From: Eledone cirrhosa | Taxonomy: Eukaryota | DNA: 64,000 nt | NCBI GenBank assembly: GCA_964016885.1 | Contig: OZ024743.1 | Location: 55,800,001 to 55,864,000, forward strand | Direction of reading: 5' to 3' | Shown: positions 36,639 through 50,430 of the stretch, piece by piece | How positions within the stretch are numbered: the stretch's first letter is position 1 | Layout of the letters: each line of letters begins with the position of its first letter | Translations under genes and position numbers: made by a program | The notes under the pieces: generated by a model | What the model was told of the DNA's origin: nothing | Databases searched by the model: none | Seen by the model: only the letters and a program-made list of their open reading frames with translations

Positions 36639-36693
36639 GTACCTGATGAGCTGTTGGCGTCTAAGTACTTCGACAGTGGAACAGGTGTAGTAC
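36639..36693 (+). ncRNA. Decayed hammerhead ribozyme
   Basis: GTAC-CTGATGA-GCTGTTG-(14 nt)-CGACAGT-GGAA-CAGGTG-TA-GTAC. One substitution in GAAA and one in the CAGCTG palindrome. Confidence 0.6.
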
Positions 36694-36714
36694 CTGTTTG
36701 TAAACATGGATAAA

Positions 36715-36905
36715 TAATTGTTTCTACTTTTGGCACAAGGCCTGCAATTACCCCAGTGCATTACTGGTACTTTATTTTATCGACCTCGTAAGGATGAAAG
36801 GCAAAGCTAACCTGGGCGGGATTTTAACTCAGAACGTAAAGGGCCATAAGTCTATGTTGCAAACATGGTGTTTGATGCTCTGCCGATACTGCCAATCCAC
36901 CACCC
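36715..36905 (-). mobile_element. SINE family A
   Basis: tttctacttttggcacaaggcc...ggtactttattttatcgacc...ggatgaaaggcaaag. Confidence 0.8.
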
Positions 36906-38062
36906 TACAACCATTCAAATATTAAAAGATAAAATCAAAATTAAGTAATGAAAAAACAAGGGGGGGAAAAGACAGATCTGGATATATATGAAATATACTA
37001 AAATATGTATAAATTTATAAATATGGGTATCTAATAAAACACATAGTTGGCCTTAGAGATAGCGCCTGGTGTATCGCATGTACGTAGTATTGGAATACGT
37101 GATCATTAACCATATTACTAATGTTTTCCTGAAATGCAGTGTCTCAGTCTTATTGAATATATGTACACCGTGTAGACGATGTTTTTTCATGTGTGTGATC
37201 AAATGAGAATCATTGATTAACATTTATTAATGACTGGAGATTATTCATCCTGTCAACCAGCAGACCAAACCGCCATTTTTCACACACTAAGTTGTTTGAT
37301 CCCTGTCTGAAAATATGATTTGAGTTTTCAGTTTGTTTTAGTGAAGTTTCAGGTAATTTAATTAAGTGTCTCAGCTTTGAGGGAGATTACTGTTAATTAT
37401 TATGCAATGAACAATAAATTTCACACATCTGACAGTGAAACATCGGACTGTGAAGTTATGTTTATTATTCATATGATGAATATTCCATGCCAGAAATCTA
37501 CTTCTACGGGGTATCAGATGTGAGGTATTTAATGGGGGAATCACCAGTGATCGATAGGCTGCTAGTTTATTTGTTTGTATGTTTTTTTGTGTGTGTGTGT
37601 GTGGGGGGGGGGGGGGTTTCAGTAACAAATCTAAATTAAATTAGTGAATGTCGAACTAATTAGTAGTTGACTCAAATGATCAACATCTGTTGAATGGGAC
37701 ATGAATAAGAGTTGACAGTCGATTTGGAAGTCATTAGAGTGTTGAATATTTGTTCTGGGATTCTGCTTTTTAAATTCAATTCCACCTGAAATCTACTTTG
37801 TCTTTCGTTCTCTCAGGGTCAATAAAGAAAATATCAGCACCGTGCTGGTGGACTCAGCTATCTAGTTATCTCATCCTGGATGTCCCTATAGATCAACGAA
37901 GGGATAACTTAGAGTATTGTGCTTGTCAGTTGTGATCAACTTTGCCTTTCATGACCCCGGGATCGATAAGGAAAGTGTGAGCCAAGTGCTAGTGCAACCC
38001 ATTCTCTTTCTAGCTTTCTCATCCTGAATGTTCCTATAGATCAACGGAGGGATGATTTAGAG

Positions 38063-38340
38063 CAGTCATGGGCAACCTGTGGCCTGCGAAGCTTTCTGAA
38101 TGGCTCGCCTAAGTCACTTAAGTGAAATCTTTCTGATTTTTTTTACCGCAACTTTACAGTTGTAATTTATGTTTCTATCATTTTTACGATCGAGGGAAAC
38201 AACGTGTACGAATTCTGAAGAAACAAATCAAAACAACCTGAGTTACTGCCCTTTTTTTAATGTGGGCTCGAATGTAAATCAGCCTGATGATGAGCCATAT
38301 CTCATGTGGCCCGCTTCTCGTAAAAGGTTGTTCATACCTG
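38063..38340. mobile_element. 278-bp hAT-type MITE with 8-bp TSD ATTTAGAG
   Basis: Imperfect TIRs CAGTCATGGGCAACCT / AGGTTGTTCATACCTG; ATTTAGAG at 38055-38062 and 38341-38348; empty paralogous site near 37908-37921. Confidence 0.85.
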
Positions 38341-38614
38341 ATTTAGAGTATTGTGCGTGTCAGTTGCGATCCACTTTGCCTTTCATCACCACGAGATAGA
38401 TAATGAAAGTATCAGCCCAGAGTTGGTGCAGCTCTTTCTCCAACCAGCTGACATATCCTGGATGTTCCGCTAAATGAAAGGATAAGCAGGGTATCTGTGT
38501 TTGTGTCTGTCTGATCGCTACTGCCTGGACATCTAAAACCCTTAGCGAAAGCATAGTAATAGCAAGTCATACTCAATTGGATCTAAGGGCTGTTATAGAT
38601 ATGAGTGAGTGAGT

Positions 38615-38692
<78 letters not shown>

Positions 38693-39099
38693 AAAGAAAG
38701 AAAGGAATGAAAGAAAAAAAGAAAGAAAGAAAAGCAAGCAAGAAATAAAAAAGAAAGCAAGAAAGAAAGAAAGAAGTAATGAGAAATCTGACGACTCAGT
38801 TGTCAAGATAGATTGAAGGGTAAAATCATGAAAAGTTATGTGACAATAGAGCACTGTGGTTGATTGACAAGAAGTGTGTATATATTTAATGGCGAATGGT
38901 GTTGTTGGACATTACATGTTGATGAGCAAGGCTAATACTTAATCTAAGTTATAATGGAATATTATCACAGCCACGCCTTACTTTTTATTTTTATTACAAT
39001 TAAAAACATTGTTATATTTTAACACAAAATTTCAATTGTTATGAGCAATAACAACTTTATGTGTAGCTATTATATCACCGTGCTCATTGCCTCTGTTCT

Positions 39100-39119
39100 T
39101 GTTGTTGTTATTGGTGCAG

Positions 39120-39160
<41 letters not shown>

Positions 39161-39361
39161 GATGCAGTTGTTGTTGTTGTTGTTGATGCAGTTGTTGTTG
39201 TTGTTGTTGTTGTTGATGCAGTTGTTGTTGTTGTTGTTGTTGTTGATGCAGTTGTTGTTGTTGTTGTTGTTGATGATGCAGTTTTGTTATTGATGCAGTT
39301 GTTGTTGTTGTTGTTGATGATGCAGTTGTTGTTGTTGTTGCTGTTGTTGTTATTGATACAT

Positions 39362-39395
<34 letters not shown>

Positions 39396-39977
39396 GGTGG
39401 TGGTGGTTGTTATTGATGCAGTTGTTGTTGTTGTTGTTGTTGTGGTGGTTGTTATTGAGGCAGTTGTTGTTGTTGCTGTTGTGGTTGTTATTGATAAAAT
39501 TGTTGTTATTGTTGCTCTAGTTGTCGTTATTACTGTCAGTGTGGTTGTTATTGTCGTTGTTGTTGTTGTTGTTGTTGTTGCTGTTGTAGTGTTGTTATTG
39601 CTGCAGTTGTTGTTGTTGTTGTTTTTGTTGTTGTTGTTGCTGTTGTAGTTGCTGTTATTCCTGCAGTTGGAGTTATTGTTGTGTTGTTATTATTGCTGTA
39701 GTTGTTGTTATGCTACCTTTGTGGTGGTGGTTGTTGTTATTGTTGCAGTCGGGGTTGTTATTGTTGTTATTGATGCAGTTGTGGTTATTGTTGCTGTAGT
39801 TGTTGTTAGTGCTGTCTTTGTGGTGGTTGTTGTTGTTATTTCTACAGTTGTTGTGGTTATTGATTCTGTAGTTGCTGTTGTTGCTGTAGTTGTTGTTATT
39901 GTTGTTATTGCTGCAGTTGGAGTTATAATTGTTGTTATTGATGCAGTTTTTGTTTCTGCTGCTGCTGCTGCTGCTGC

Positions 39978-40020
<43 letters not shown>
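39100..40020. repeat. (GTT)n-based degenerate array with gatgca interruptions
   Basis: Direct reading. Confidence 0.95.
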
Positions 40021-40117
40021 GGTAGTGTTTGCTTTTCGGAGAATATATTAATTCCCATGTTTCTAATTTTGCTTTCCAAAATGGCACTATCATGTTTTTT
40101 TGTTTTATTTTGTTTGC

Positions 40118-40244
<127 letters not shown>

Positions 40245-41859
40245 TGTGTGTGTGTACGTGTGTGTGTTTATTTTTTCATATATTACGATGCAGTAATTTC
40301 TTTGTTCTTAAAACTTGCTTCTATCAACTTAAGTAGAATATAACTATTAGCCACAACAGCCGAGACACTAACCATAACAGCAATATCACAGCAAATAAGA
40401 TTAGTAACAGATCTTAAAACCTGCTGTAAACTCCATTTTTATTCGTGTCGCCAAAGAGTAATAAATATTTTACGGCTGTCACAAAGGATTTTACAACATA
40501 AAATTTAACTTCATTTTAATTTTAGAATATCTTTCTCTTCTACATTATCTTTTTTTCTTTTCTTCTCCTTTTTTTTTTTGTATTTCAATCACATAAAAGA
40601 AGGTTTAATGTGTTAGTTCTTTGTTGCATGTTAAGCAAGACATTCTCCCAAGCTGATAAAACGATATTAAACATCTTATTACGCATGCGTTAATATGCGT
40701 TAATGTTTGTAGAATCCTTATATAAGAATCTTATTTGAAAACAGTGTTTACCAAAGAGGTGTAAATCCTTGACAAGACATTTAGAGGAATATTAATTCTT
40801 TAGATATAGGAATAAAGTAGAATTAATAACAGACCTTTTATGAATAGAAACGATTCCCTCATGTGTCATTTAAAATTTAGGGTCATAAAGAAACAAAAGA
40901 CTAAGAACTAAAATATTTATGAGCTTCGTAGCTATGTTGTTTACATTAACATAGTCCTAGATAGCTTTATTAAAGTTCACCCCCGGGGGAACAACAAAAT
41001 CACAATTTAAGGAAGGAAGGAATTTGGTAATAGAAACTTAAAGAACGTGGAAAAATAATGAAAGCATGAAAGCGAGGAAGGTAAAGCAAGAGAAGGGGAG
41101 GGGGAAAATTCAATATAGTAATTCTTGATAAACAATCGTCATTGATGCATTGAATATAAAAGATAGGGGAAATTTGTTTTATAGCACATCATCGCTAACC
41201 CTTCCTTACTCACGCACACACATACATACGCACACTCACACACAAGCACACACACACACACACAAGCACATATACACAGAGACGCGCGTACACACACAGA
41301 GATGCACGTACACACACAGAGATGCACACACACACACACACTCACACACACACACAAGCACATAGACACAAAGACGCACGCACACATACATAGAGGCACG
41401 CACACTCACAAGCACACCAAAACACAAACATACGCACACTTACCTAAACACACACTCACACAGACACACACACACATACACAGACACACTCACACATACA
41501 CAGACATACACACGCAAACATACAGACGCGCGTGCACACACTCACACAGGCGCACACATACATACACGCGCACATAGACGCACGCACACACAAAGAGATG
41601 CACGCACACACTCGCACACGCACACTCACAAGCACACACACATACACGCATACACACACACGCGCACATACACACGGACGTGCACACACATAAGTACATA
41701 CACATGCACACGTATTCACACACACACACGCACACGCACACGCACACACACACACACAATTTCTTCCTTCAGAAGTGTAGAAACGGAATCGTGAGGATTA
41801 TGGGTTATTTCACGCTCCACACTAAAATGTGTGTATATGTGAGTGTGAGAGTGTGCGTA

Positions 41860-41945
<86 letters not shown>

Positions 41946-42662
41946 CGAAAGCGAGTGAGAAATAAGGGGAAAGGGAGACAGGAAGTCAGAGAGAGAAGAA
42001 AACTGCGTGTATATGTATGTATGTATATATATATTCCTTTTCCCTTCCCCCTTTCTTCCTTTCTCCTCATCCTTTTCCTCCCTGTTCTTCCTCCTTTCCC
42101 TCTCTTTCCTTTTCTCCCTTCTTTTTTCTCCCCTTTTTTCTCTCTTTCTCTCTATTTTTCCACCTGGCCTTTTCATTAATAAAAGGCCTCGGGCGCACCC
42201 GAACTACACCGATGTCCTGTAATTCAGCGCCGAAACATCGATTCGGGAAACATTTACAGCAGACGATGGAAACTCCTTTCTTCCTTTCTCCTCCTGTTCC
42301 GTCCAAACCACCATCCTAAACCTTGTTTTTAGTAACCACACAGCTCCTTTCGTTTCATAACTATATATATATAATATATATATCAAGTAAGTATATTTTG
42401 AAACAGTGAGCAGGTTTAAAATTAGAAAATAGAATAGTTTTTACCGTATTTTTGACTAAAGAAATTTTAGTCTGATAATGGGGTTTAGAATCCTCAGATA
42501 AATGGAAAAAGATGAGTATTGACGTACATGTACATCATACACACATACACACATACATTGACGTATACAGTGCGCATACACCACAGCACATTTTCCTTCC
42601 ATTTTAACACATATACACACTCACTCTTTCTTTCATGCACGTGCACACACACATATGTGTGG

Positions 42663-42745
<83 letters not shown>

Positions 42746-43000
42746 AGAGTATTAAAGTTTGCTTGAAGCATTGTGGAACAATAAGTAAATATCTTTAAGT
42801 CGTTTGGAAGCCTCGACAATGCAAATGGGTAAATCTCCGGGTAACAAGGTCCGGTGGTGGAGAGAGAGATGTAAGTGGGTGTACGTTGAGAAGCGTAGTG
42901 TGTATAAGATGTGTGAGATGTGTAGAATGAAGAGAAGAGTATAAAGGATAAAATAAAAATAACAACACAAGAGAGAGTTACCTTGGGAGAGATTTAATAG

Positions 43001-43037
43001 TCCCTATATATTTCGGATTCACATCCATCAACTGGGG
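43001..43037 (-). ncRNA. Decayed minimal hammerhead ribozyme
   Basis: CCC-CAGTTGA-T-GGAT-gtga-ATCC-GAA-ATATAT-A-GGG; the core carries two substitutions relative to CTGATGA. Confidence 0.5.
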
Positions 43038-43285
43038 TTTTTTTCCGGGGTGGGGGAAATATATATATACACACACACCATATATATATATACATATTTA
43101 TTTATTTATTATCGAACCCTCTTTGGATTTTAGTCTTCACTTTTATTATTATTACTATATATATATATATATATATATGAACTTAATTCTAAATATTTTG
43201 TTACTGATGTTATTGTTCTGGTCTAAAACCACTCTTCTATAAAAGTCATGCCTTGCGTATTATATATAAATATTTATATATATAC

Positions 43286-43323
<38 letters not shown>

Positions 43324-43628
43324 TGCGTGGTTTGCACATGGGTTACATATGCTAAAAATAGTCCTTCGTCAGTGATTTTCCAACCATCATTGGTATTTCA
43401 TCGCATTAAAAGTCAGATACCTCAGGTTGGTGCGAGCAATAACTAAAAAAAGTTATTGGGACCAGAATTCGCGTAAGGTGAGGGGGACAAGTAAACAACA
43501 TAGAAGGATAAAAGCAAACCGAAGATAGGAAAATAAACAAGCAACATGGTTGTCCGGTCAGCATAAGGTGGGTGGATTTCATGAGCGAGAGAGGTACAGA
43601 CCGTGTTGATGTGTGTGAGATGTGAGCA

Positions 43629-43699
<71 letters not shown>

Positions 43700-43771
43700 T
43701 ATGTATATATATATATTTATATATATAGAGAGAGAGAGAGACAGACGTAGGAAAGAGTTCATTTCTGTTTT

Positions 43772-43814
<43 letters not shown>

Positions 43815-43860
43815 CAAGAAAGAAGAGTAACATGGTTGGCTGTACAATAAGGGGTTTATT

Positions 43861-43978
43861 CACAGTGCTGACAATTGTTTCGTTGATCTGGTATGTCTAG
43901 AGCTCGCTAATCGCTTGATGTTGCGTCAATCGATCTCCAATACTTTGTTTACAACCAGTCAATACATCAGAGCGCGTG
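43861..43978 (-). ncRNA. Hammerhead-like motif with a very long stem II insert
   Basis: CACGCGCT-CTGATGT-ATTGACTGGT...(about 60 nt)...ACCAGATCAAC-GAA-ACAATTGT-C-AGCACTGTG, then AATAAA. Confidence 0.6.
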
Positions 43979-44069
43979 GATGTGAGGGTAATACGCAAGG
44001 CATGGCTTTTATAGAAGAGTGGTGTTAGACCAGAACAATAACATCAGTAACAAAATATTTAGAATTAAG

Positions 44070-44115
<46 letters not shown>

Positions 44116-44116
44116 C

Positions 44117-44147
<31 letters not shown>

Positions 44148-44193
44148 GTAATAATAATAAATGTGAAGACTAACATCCAAAGAGGGTTCGATA

Positions 44194-44261
<68 letters not shown>

Positions 44262-44509
44262 ACCACACATGTGTGTGTGCACGCGCATGAAAGAAAGAGT
44301 GAGGGTGTATATGTGTTAAAATGGAAGGAAAATGTGCTGTGGTGTATGCGCACTGTATACGTCAATGTATGTGTGTATGTAAGTATGTATGTATGTATGT
44401 ATGTATGTATGTATGTATGTATGTATGTATGTATGTATGAGTGTTTGTATATATGTATGTATGTATGCATGTATGTGTGTATGTATGCATTATGTATGTA
44501 TATATACAG

Positions 44510-44860
44510 CGAAGGCGCTTGTCATAGTGGTTAGGATATTTGCCTCTCAGTCTCTTGCGAGTGAGTTCGATACTGGGCGATAAGTTGTGTCCTTGAGCAA
44601 GATACTTTATTTCACGTTGCTCCATTCACTCAGTAGCATCTGTATTCAAAGAGCCAGCCTTGTCGTACACGGTGTTACGTTACCGATGTTGTCCAAGGGA
44701 AAGTCAATGACTGATACATCTTGGCACTAGAAACGTCGCAACTCATTTCTAGAGCTGGGTAAACTGGAGCAGCATGAAATAAAGTGTCTTGCTCAAGGAC
44801 ACAACGCATCACCCGGTCCGAGAATCAAAGTCACAACCATACGATTACAAACCCAACGCT
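44510..44860. mobile_element. Two SINE B copies, tail to tail (+ 44510-44690, - 44715-44860)
   Basis: gagttcgatac...gtgtccttgagcaagatacttt, and the reverse motif gaaataaagtgtcttgctcaaggacac. Confidence 0.75.
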
Positions 44861-45415
44861 CGACAATAAAAGATTGATAAAATATGTACTAGACGTGAAA
44901 AACAAATACTGAGGTTTATAAGATAGACTAACAGAAACCATTGATACAGTCTAATAAATAAAAGCAGTAAAATAATATAAGGATAGAAAAATATAAAATT
45001 ATATTAGGATATTTAATTCATTTAAGGAGGAACACTTTAAAATGAGTGGTTTGTTTCATAGAAGCATAGCTGGGTTTTGACCGGACTGGCATCAAAGGGT
45101 ATATATTCATTTCCTGGTGTCTCTTAATCGGTCTGTCATAACGACACTCTTCATACTAGGAGTTATTATATGGTAAACAGGGCTGTGATTTTAGACTGTT
45201 CATTTTCGCGTGTTTTCTGACTCTTAATGAATCCATCAGAGCTGATCTCCCTATCTTCGAGAGGATCAGACTTATTTCATCGTGGAAAGGGGTGTGTTGT
45301 TAGGCCATTCATTTTTTAGATTTTCTTGTCATGCAATGATAATTTTCTCTTGAATTACAACCATTTACGTACACCATCTGGACTAGGAACCGCACCGGTG
45401 TCTATCTAAGCGCAA

Positions 45416-45467
<52 letters not shown>

Positions 45468-45487
45468 TGTATGTATATATGTATGCC

Positions 45488-45537
<50 letters not shown>

Positions 45538-45667
45538 TGTATGTATATATGTATGTATGTGCATATATATATATATATATATTTGCATTACACCTAGGTG
45601 CGTAGAAATGCAAACAGCAACGCACACACAAATATGCATGTGGGTGTGAGGGCTTGTATGTGCGTGC

Positions 45668-45773
<106 letters not shown>

Positions 45774-46221
45774 ATATGTATACAATTCTAGATATACAAA
45801 CATACATCCTTATTTATATGTCCATGTATATGTGAATGATTGTGTGTGTATTTATCTGTGTGTATATATATACTATATATAAATAATATATAATATAACA
45901 TATTTATATATGTGTGTGTATGTAATAAATATATGCATGTATATATGTATATATTATATATACACACATAATATATATATATATATACACACACACAAAT
46001 ATATATATACAAATATATATAATATATATGTATACACACACACAAATATATATATATATATATATATATACACAAACCACACACACACATATATAGGGGG
46101 GGGGTAAATATATGTATATATTTATACTTATGTATGTATGTATATGTGGTAACCATGTGTGAATATATCTATGTGGATGTATGTGCGCTTATGTGTATTT
46201 TCATTTACCTCTCTCTCTGTT

Positions 46222-46321
<100 letters not shown>

Positions 46322-46485
46322 CGCGTGCGTGTGTGTGTGAGTGCACACGTGTTAGCTAGAATGTGGAAACCATGTTTGTCTACAACAATATCCTAGTTTT
46401 GATTGATAGCAAAGAGTGGGCCAGTATATTTGGAAACAGTCATTAGAAGTCTGAAGTGATCTGGCTGACTTTTTCCTTGTATCAG

Positions 46486-46547
46486 CAGAATATCGCTGTG
46501 AACTGGCCGAGATATTAGCTGCCAATGCTGATCTCATTCTAAAAGAG
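46486..46547 (+). CDS. Candidate 62-nt exon (EYRCELAEILAANADLILKE)
   Basis: Branch-like ggctgac plus tttttccttgtatcag acceptor (NAGNAG), open frame, GAG|GTATTT donor, in an island of unique sequence. Confidence 0.4.
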
Positions 46548-47270
46548 GTATTTATCATTTCCTTGATTGATTGTTTCATAAAGACCCTGGAAATATGATG
46601 TATGGTTCGAGGCGAACGCAATCAATAAAGCCGGTACAACAATGAGAGACAGCAATTGATAGACGAGGAAAAGACGGACAATAAATTTGCTTGTTATGAG
46701 CGAATCGTTAATAAAAAAAAACTTTCACTTAATTGCACACTGTCTTTAGTGTAGATAGGTAGGTAGGTTGGGTGGTAGGTAGGTTGGTGGGTATGTTTGT
46801 AGGTATGTAGGTAGGTAGGTAGGCAGGTGGGTGGGTAGGTAGGTTGGTAGGTAGGTGATGGAGAGTGGGAGAAATGGAGGTAGAGAGAGAATGGGATAAA
46901 AGCACAGAGACAGAAACAGACATAGAGAGACAGAGAGAGACATAAGGAGACATAGCGACAGAGAGAGAGACAGAGAGAGAGAGAGTGAGTTGGTGAGCGA
47001 GTGAGAGAGAGAGAAAGAGAGAGAGAGAGAATGGAATGAGGTACAAAGAAGAAAAGAGAAAGTGAGTGTATGTGTGTATATGTGTGAGGGGGGAAGGGGC
47101 AAAGCGAATGAAAATATGAGTGATAGAGGGAATGAGAAAAAGACAGAGATTCAGAGAAACAGCGAGATAGGATAGAATGAAGGGAAGAGAGAGGGGGGAA
47201 GCGGGAGAGCTGTTGTACGAGAGAGGTAAAGAAATAAACATATAGTGTGTGTGCATGTATATATGTTGTG

Positions 47271-47323
<53 letters not shown>

Positions 47324-47344
47324 GGGTGTGTGTGTGTGTGTGTG

Positions 47345-47470
47345 TTTACATTGAGTACCTTACTTACTGTGGGGGTAACCACAGTAAGTAAGGTACTCAA
47401 TATATCAGGATGATGATGATTTCTCCCGAATGAAACAGTTCTAGTCCTCTAGAAGCCATTTCTGTATTAT
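47345..47470 (+). mobile_element. pLTR-like cassette: 22-bp perfect hairpin plus decayed HHR (same family as 2985-3177)
   Basis: ttgagtaccttacttactgtgg-gggtaa-ccacagtaagtaaggtactcaa, then AGGAT-G-ATGATGA-TTTC-tccc-GAAT-GAAA-CAGTTC-TA-GTCCT. Confidence 0.65.
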
Positions 47471-47562
47471 AAATAAATATATATATATGTGTGTGTGCGT
47501 GTGTGTGTAAATAGTAGAGTATATACAATATTATATATATGTATATACACACACACACACAT

Positions 47563-47598
<36 letters not shown>

Positions 47599-47600
47599 AA

Positions 47601-47657
<57 letters not shown>

Positions 47658-47659
47658 GC

Positions 47660-49760
47660 TTTGATAAGTTTCGGCTAGTATTGGCCCAGGCCATGTCTAA
47701 CTTAATAGCACCCCTGGCAAACTCTTTCAAATCATGATTTGGAAACCATGGCCCACTCAATTAGAGAGTTATTCTTTTCGGAAACACATGCGGGAGTATG
47801 GGTTTATCCGGGATATCTTGGAAAAATTTGTCCTGTCCAAAGATATTTTGAATTTTATGGGATTTTTTGGTGGAGGATAGCCCGGGACCCAAGCCATAGG
47901 TGTTGCTTGAAGATGAGGCCAGCATCAGTTTGGCACTGTTGATGGAATATTTCCACATCATACAGGTAATGTAGAGCTCACCCTGGCATTGGAAAGAGTT
48001 TCAGCTTTTCTAGCCGACCCGACCCCAATAGTCAAGGCCTGTCATGTCGTGTATTTGTTTTCATTATTGACCTTTGAGGTGCTTCAGCTTTCATAATACT
48101 TTGTTTTGTGTGGGGAGCCCACAATGGGCAAGAGTATTTAAGGTGGAGCCGGGCAAAAGTAAAGAAGAGAAGGATTATGGTGTGGCTATCTCTCGACTGG
48201 AAATTTCTGAGTATCCAGGAACACATCCTGCAGACTAAGTCAACTTTGGTGTTTACATGAGTCCAGCTTAGTTTGTTATCAAAAATTACTTCCAGGTCCC
48301 TAGTGTTGTTGGATGCCACGAGGTTTTCACCCGAGGTAAGAGAGTATGACAGTTTCAGTGCATCCTCTTTTCCAAAGTGGGTTAGTTCAAATTTATCCTC
48401 GTTCATATTAATCAGTAGCATATTAATTTTTTTCTATCCATTTGATAACGGCAGGTACATCAGATTGAAGGCATATCCTGTCTTCTACTCCATTGATGAC
48501 TTTCTGGAGCTTGGAATCATCTGCAAAGATTGTTATGTTGCTGTGCTTGATGACGTCAGTAACGTCATTGATATATATAATGAAGTGAAGTGGGTCCAAC
48601 ATAGTACCTTGTGGAATACCACTACTGATTTTGGCTGAGCTTGATTTTATTCCTTCGACAACAACATGTCAGGAAATACTTCATCCATTGTAGTAAGTTT
48701 CCAGAGACACCAATGTGGGATAGATGTTTTCAACAGGATGTTGTGATCAACTATGTCAAAGGCCTTTCTGAAATCAAGATATATGACATCAGTGTTGGAG
48801 CACTCTTCCCAAGTTCTTAAAATGTCATCAAAGTAGTGCAGGAGCTGCGTTAGGCAGTCACTACCAATGCGGAACCATTGTTGGTTGGAATTAAGCAGAT
48901 TGTTACTTTCAAGGAAGTGAGGAATTCGTAATCTCATCACCTTTTCAAATACCTTAATGATATGCAAGGTGAGTGAGATCGGACGGTAATTCACTGCAAG
49001 GTACTTGTTTCTCTTTTTGAAAACTAGGAGACAAATCTTTCAAATATGTAGCTTACGTCCAGTGAGTTCCTCCACAGATTAGTTAGAGGAGATGCAAGCT
49101 GGTTTCGACACACCTTCAGGACATTAGCAAGGAACCTATCGGGACCTACTGCTGAGTTGTTTTTAATTTCGTTTATTGCTACTAAGACACCTGCGGCGTT
49201 AAACGTTATGTCAGATATAAAACGTTGGGGATTAACATCACTGATACAGCCCAAATCAACCATCTCAGGATTGCTGAAAACAGAGCAGTATTGTTTCTAC
49301 AATATCTCACCCATGGTTTTAGCATTCATTTGGAGAGAGTCATTTTCATCAATCAGAAATCCAACCGTGAAGACAGTGACCTTGTGTCTTTTTCGCAAAT
49401 GAAAAGAACATTTTGGAGTTAAGTCTCCTACCATTATTATTTTATCAGAACGGCTCTGTTGTATAAAAACACTTAATGTTGTTGAGGCATTCTTTGAAGC
49501 ACAGTATGGGCGTTTGGGGTGGCTTCTAGAGCCCAACTACTATAAAATCATTGGCTTTGTTGTGCACGGTGACTGATTCACAGTGGCCATTGGAAAATAT
49601 GCTATTTCCGTCTGCCGAAAGGGAAAATGGCAGTTCATCCTGTCCTTCTGTCAACAAGATCGATGCAGATTGTTGTGAAATTCCTCACTTCATTTCGGCT
49701 TCCAGGTGGGATTTGTCGAGATGAGTTTCAGTTAGGATGAAGAAAGGGATGTGGTGTGGA
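47660..49760 (-). mobile_element. CR1/L2-group LINE ORF2 remnant (APE + RT), with deletions and frameshifts
   Basis: ILTETHL and IIMVGDL (APE); SAVGPD, NYRPISLT, YLDFRKAFDIVDH, SGIPQG, IFADDSK and RLHLKYSCPLWAPH (RT and C-terminal region). Confidence 0.9.
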
Positions 49761-50430
49761 TAGTTATCAACCCAATCCGCAATACCAGCAACGATTGTCT
49801 TGAATGTAGCTGTCATCAAACTGTTTATATCACCCTCCCTCAGAATTCCGTTTATTGCTTCCACTATCTGTTGAAATCTAGCTACGCATAGACTGGTATA
49901 GGTCCCCACAACACTGTTGAAGGGTTATCCTTTTGGTAATTTACGACCTCAATTCCGTGTGTGTATGTGGGGGGGGGGGGGTTACATGGGTCCAGATTCA
50001 CTAATTGACACACAGATAGCACTTCGCTCCAGAAAAATGTAAACGGCTGGGAAAGACCTTTTAGGAACTTATATGTGAACCGGGCGCACGAACAGAAGGA
50101 CGTGTTTTTCTGCCTGCGACATATCACAAATTCATGAATTACATCTTGGATTGCACGAGAGAACCGTTGAAATAATTATAATGAATAAACGATTTATGTA
50201 ACATCAGCATCTTTCTTAACGTTACTCTTATATATATATATATATAAAAGCCATTAAAGATTTTTTTCTTTTTTGTGGAATGAGAGACTCCTAGTCTTCA
50301 GTAAGACATCACTCAAGGAGAGGGAGAAATGAGGTGGAACAGAAATGAAACATGGATTGCGGGTTAAAATATAGTCTAGATAGATGAGAAACAAAACGAG
50401 GATTTAGTTTATGAAACACTCAAATGATTT

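Larger units (their letters stand above)
42538..44381. repeat. Local inverted duplication with a spacer
   Basis: 42538-42665 matches the reverse complement of 44259-44381; 43098-43262 matches the reverse complement of 43989-44200. Confidence 0.85.

Noticed and set aside
38284-38300. CTGATGATGAG inside the MITE
   Set aside because: No GAAA box or stem I partner.
43335-43380. Minus-strand CTGACGAAGGAC...CATATG-TA hammerhead-like remnant
   Set aside because: GAAA and the 3' strand of stem II are missing; too decayed to call.
45040-45410. Unique-looking segment that could be a PLE N-terminal coding remnant
   Set aside because: Frequent stops and no diagnostic motif; would need a profile search.
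49770-50170. ORFs 49685..49909 and 49882..50127 upstream of the LINE
   Set aside because: Only the ILTETHL part matches APE; the rest has no motif I can recognise.
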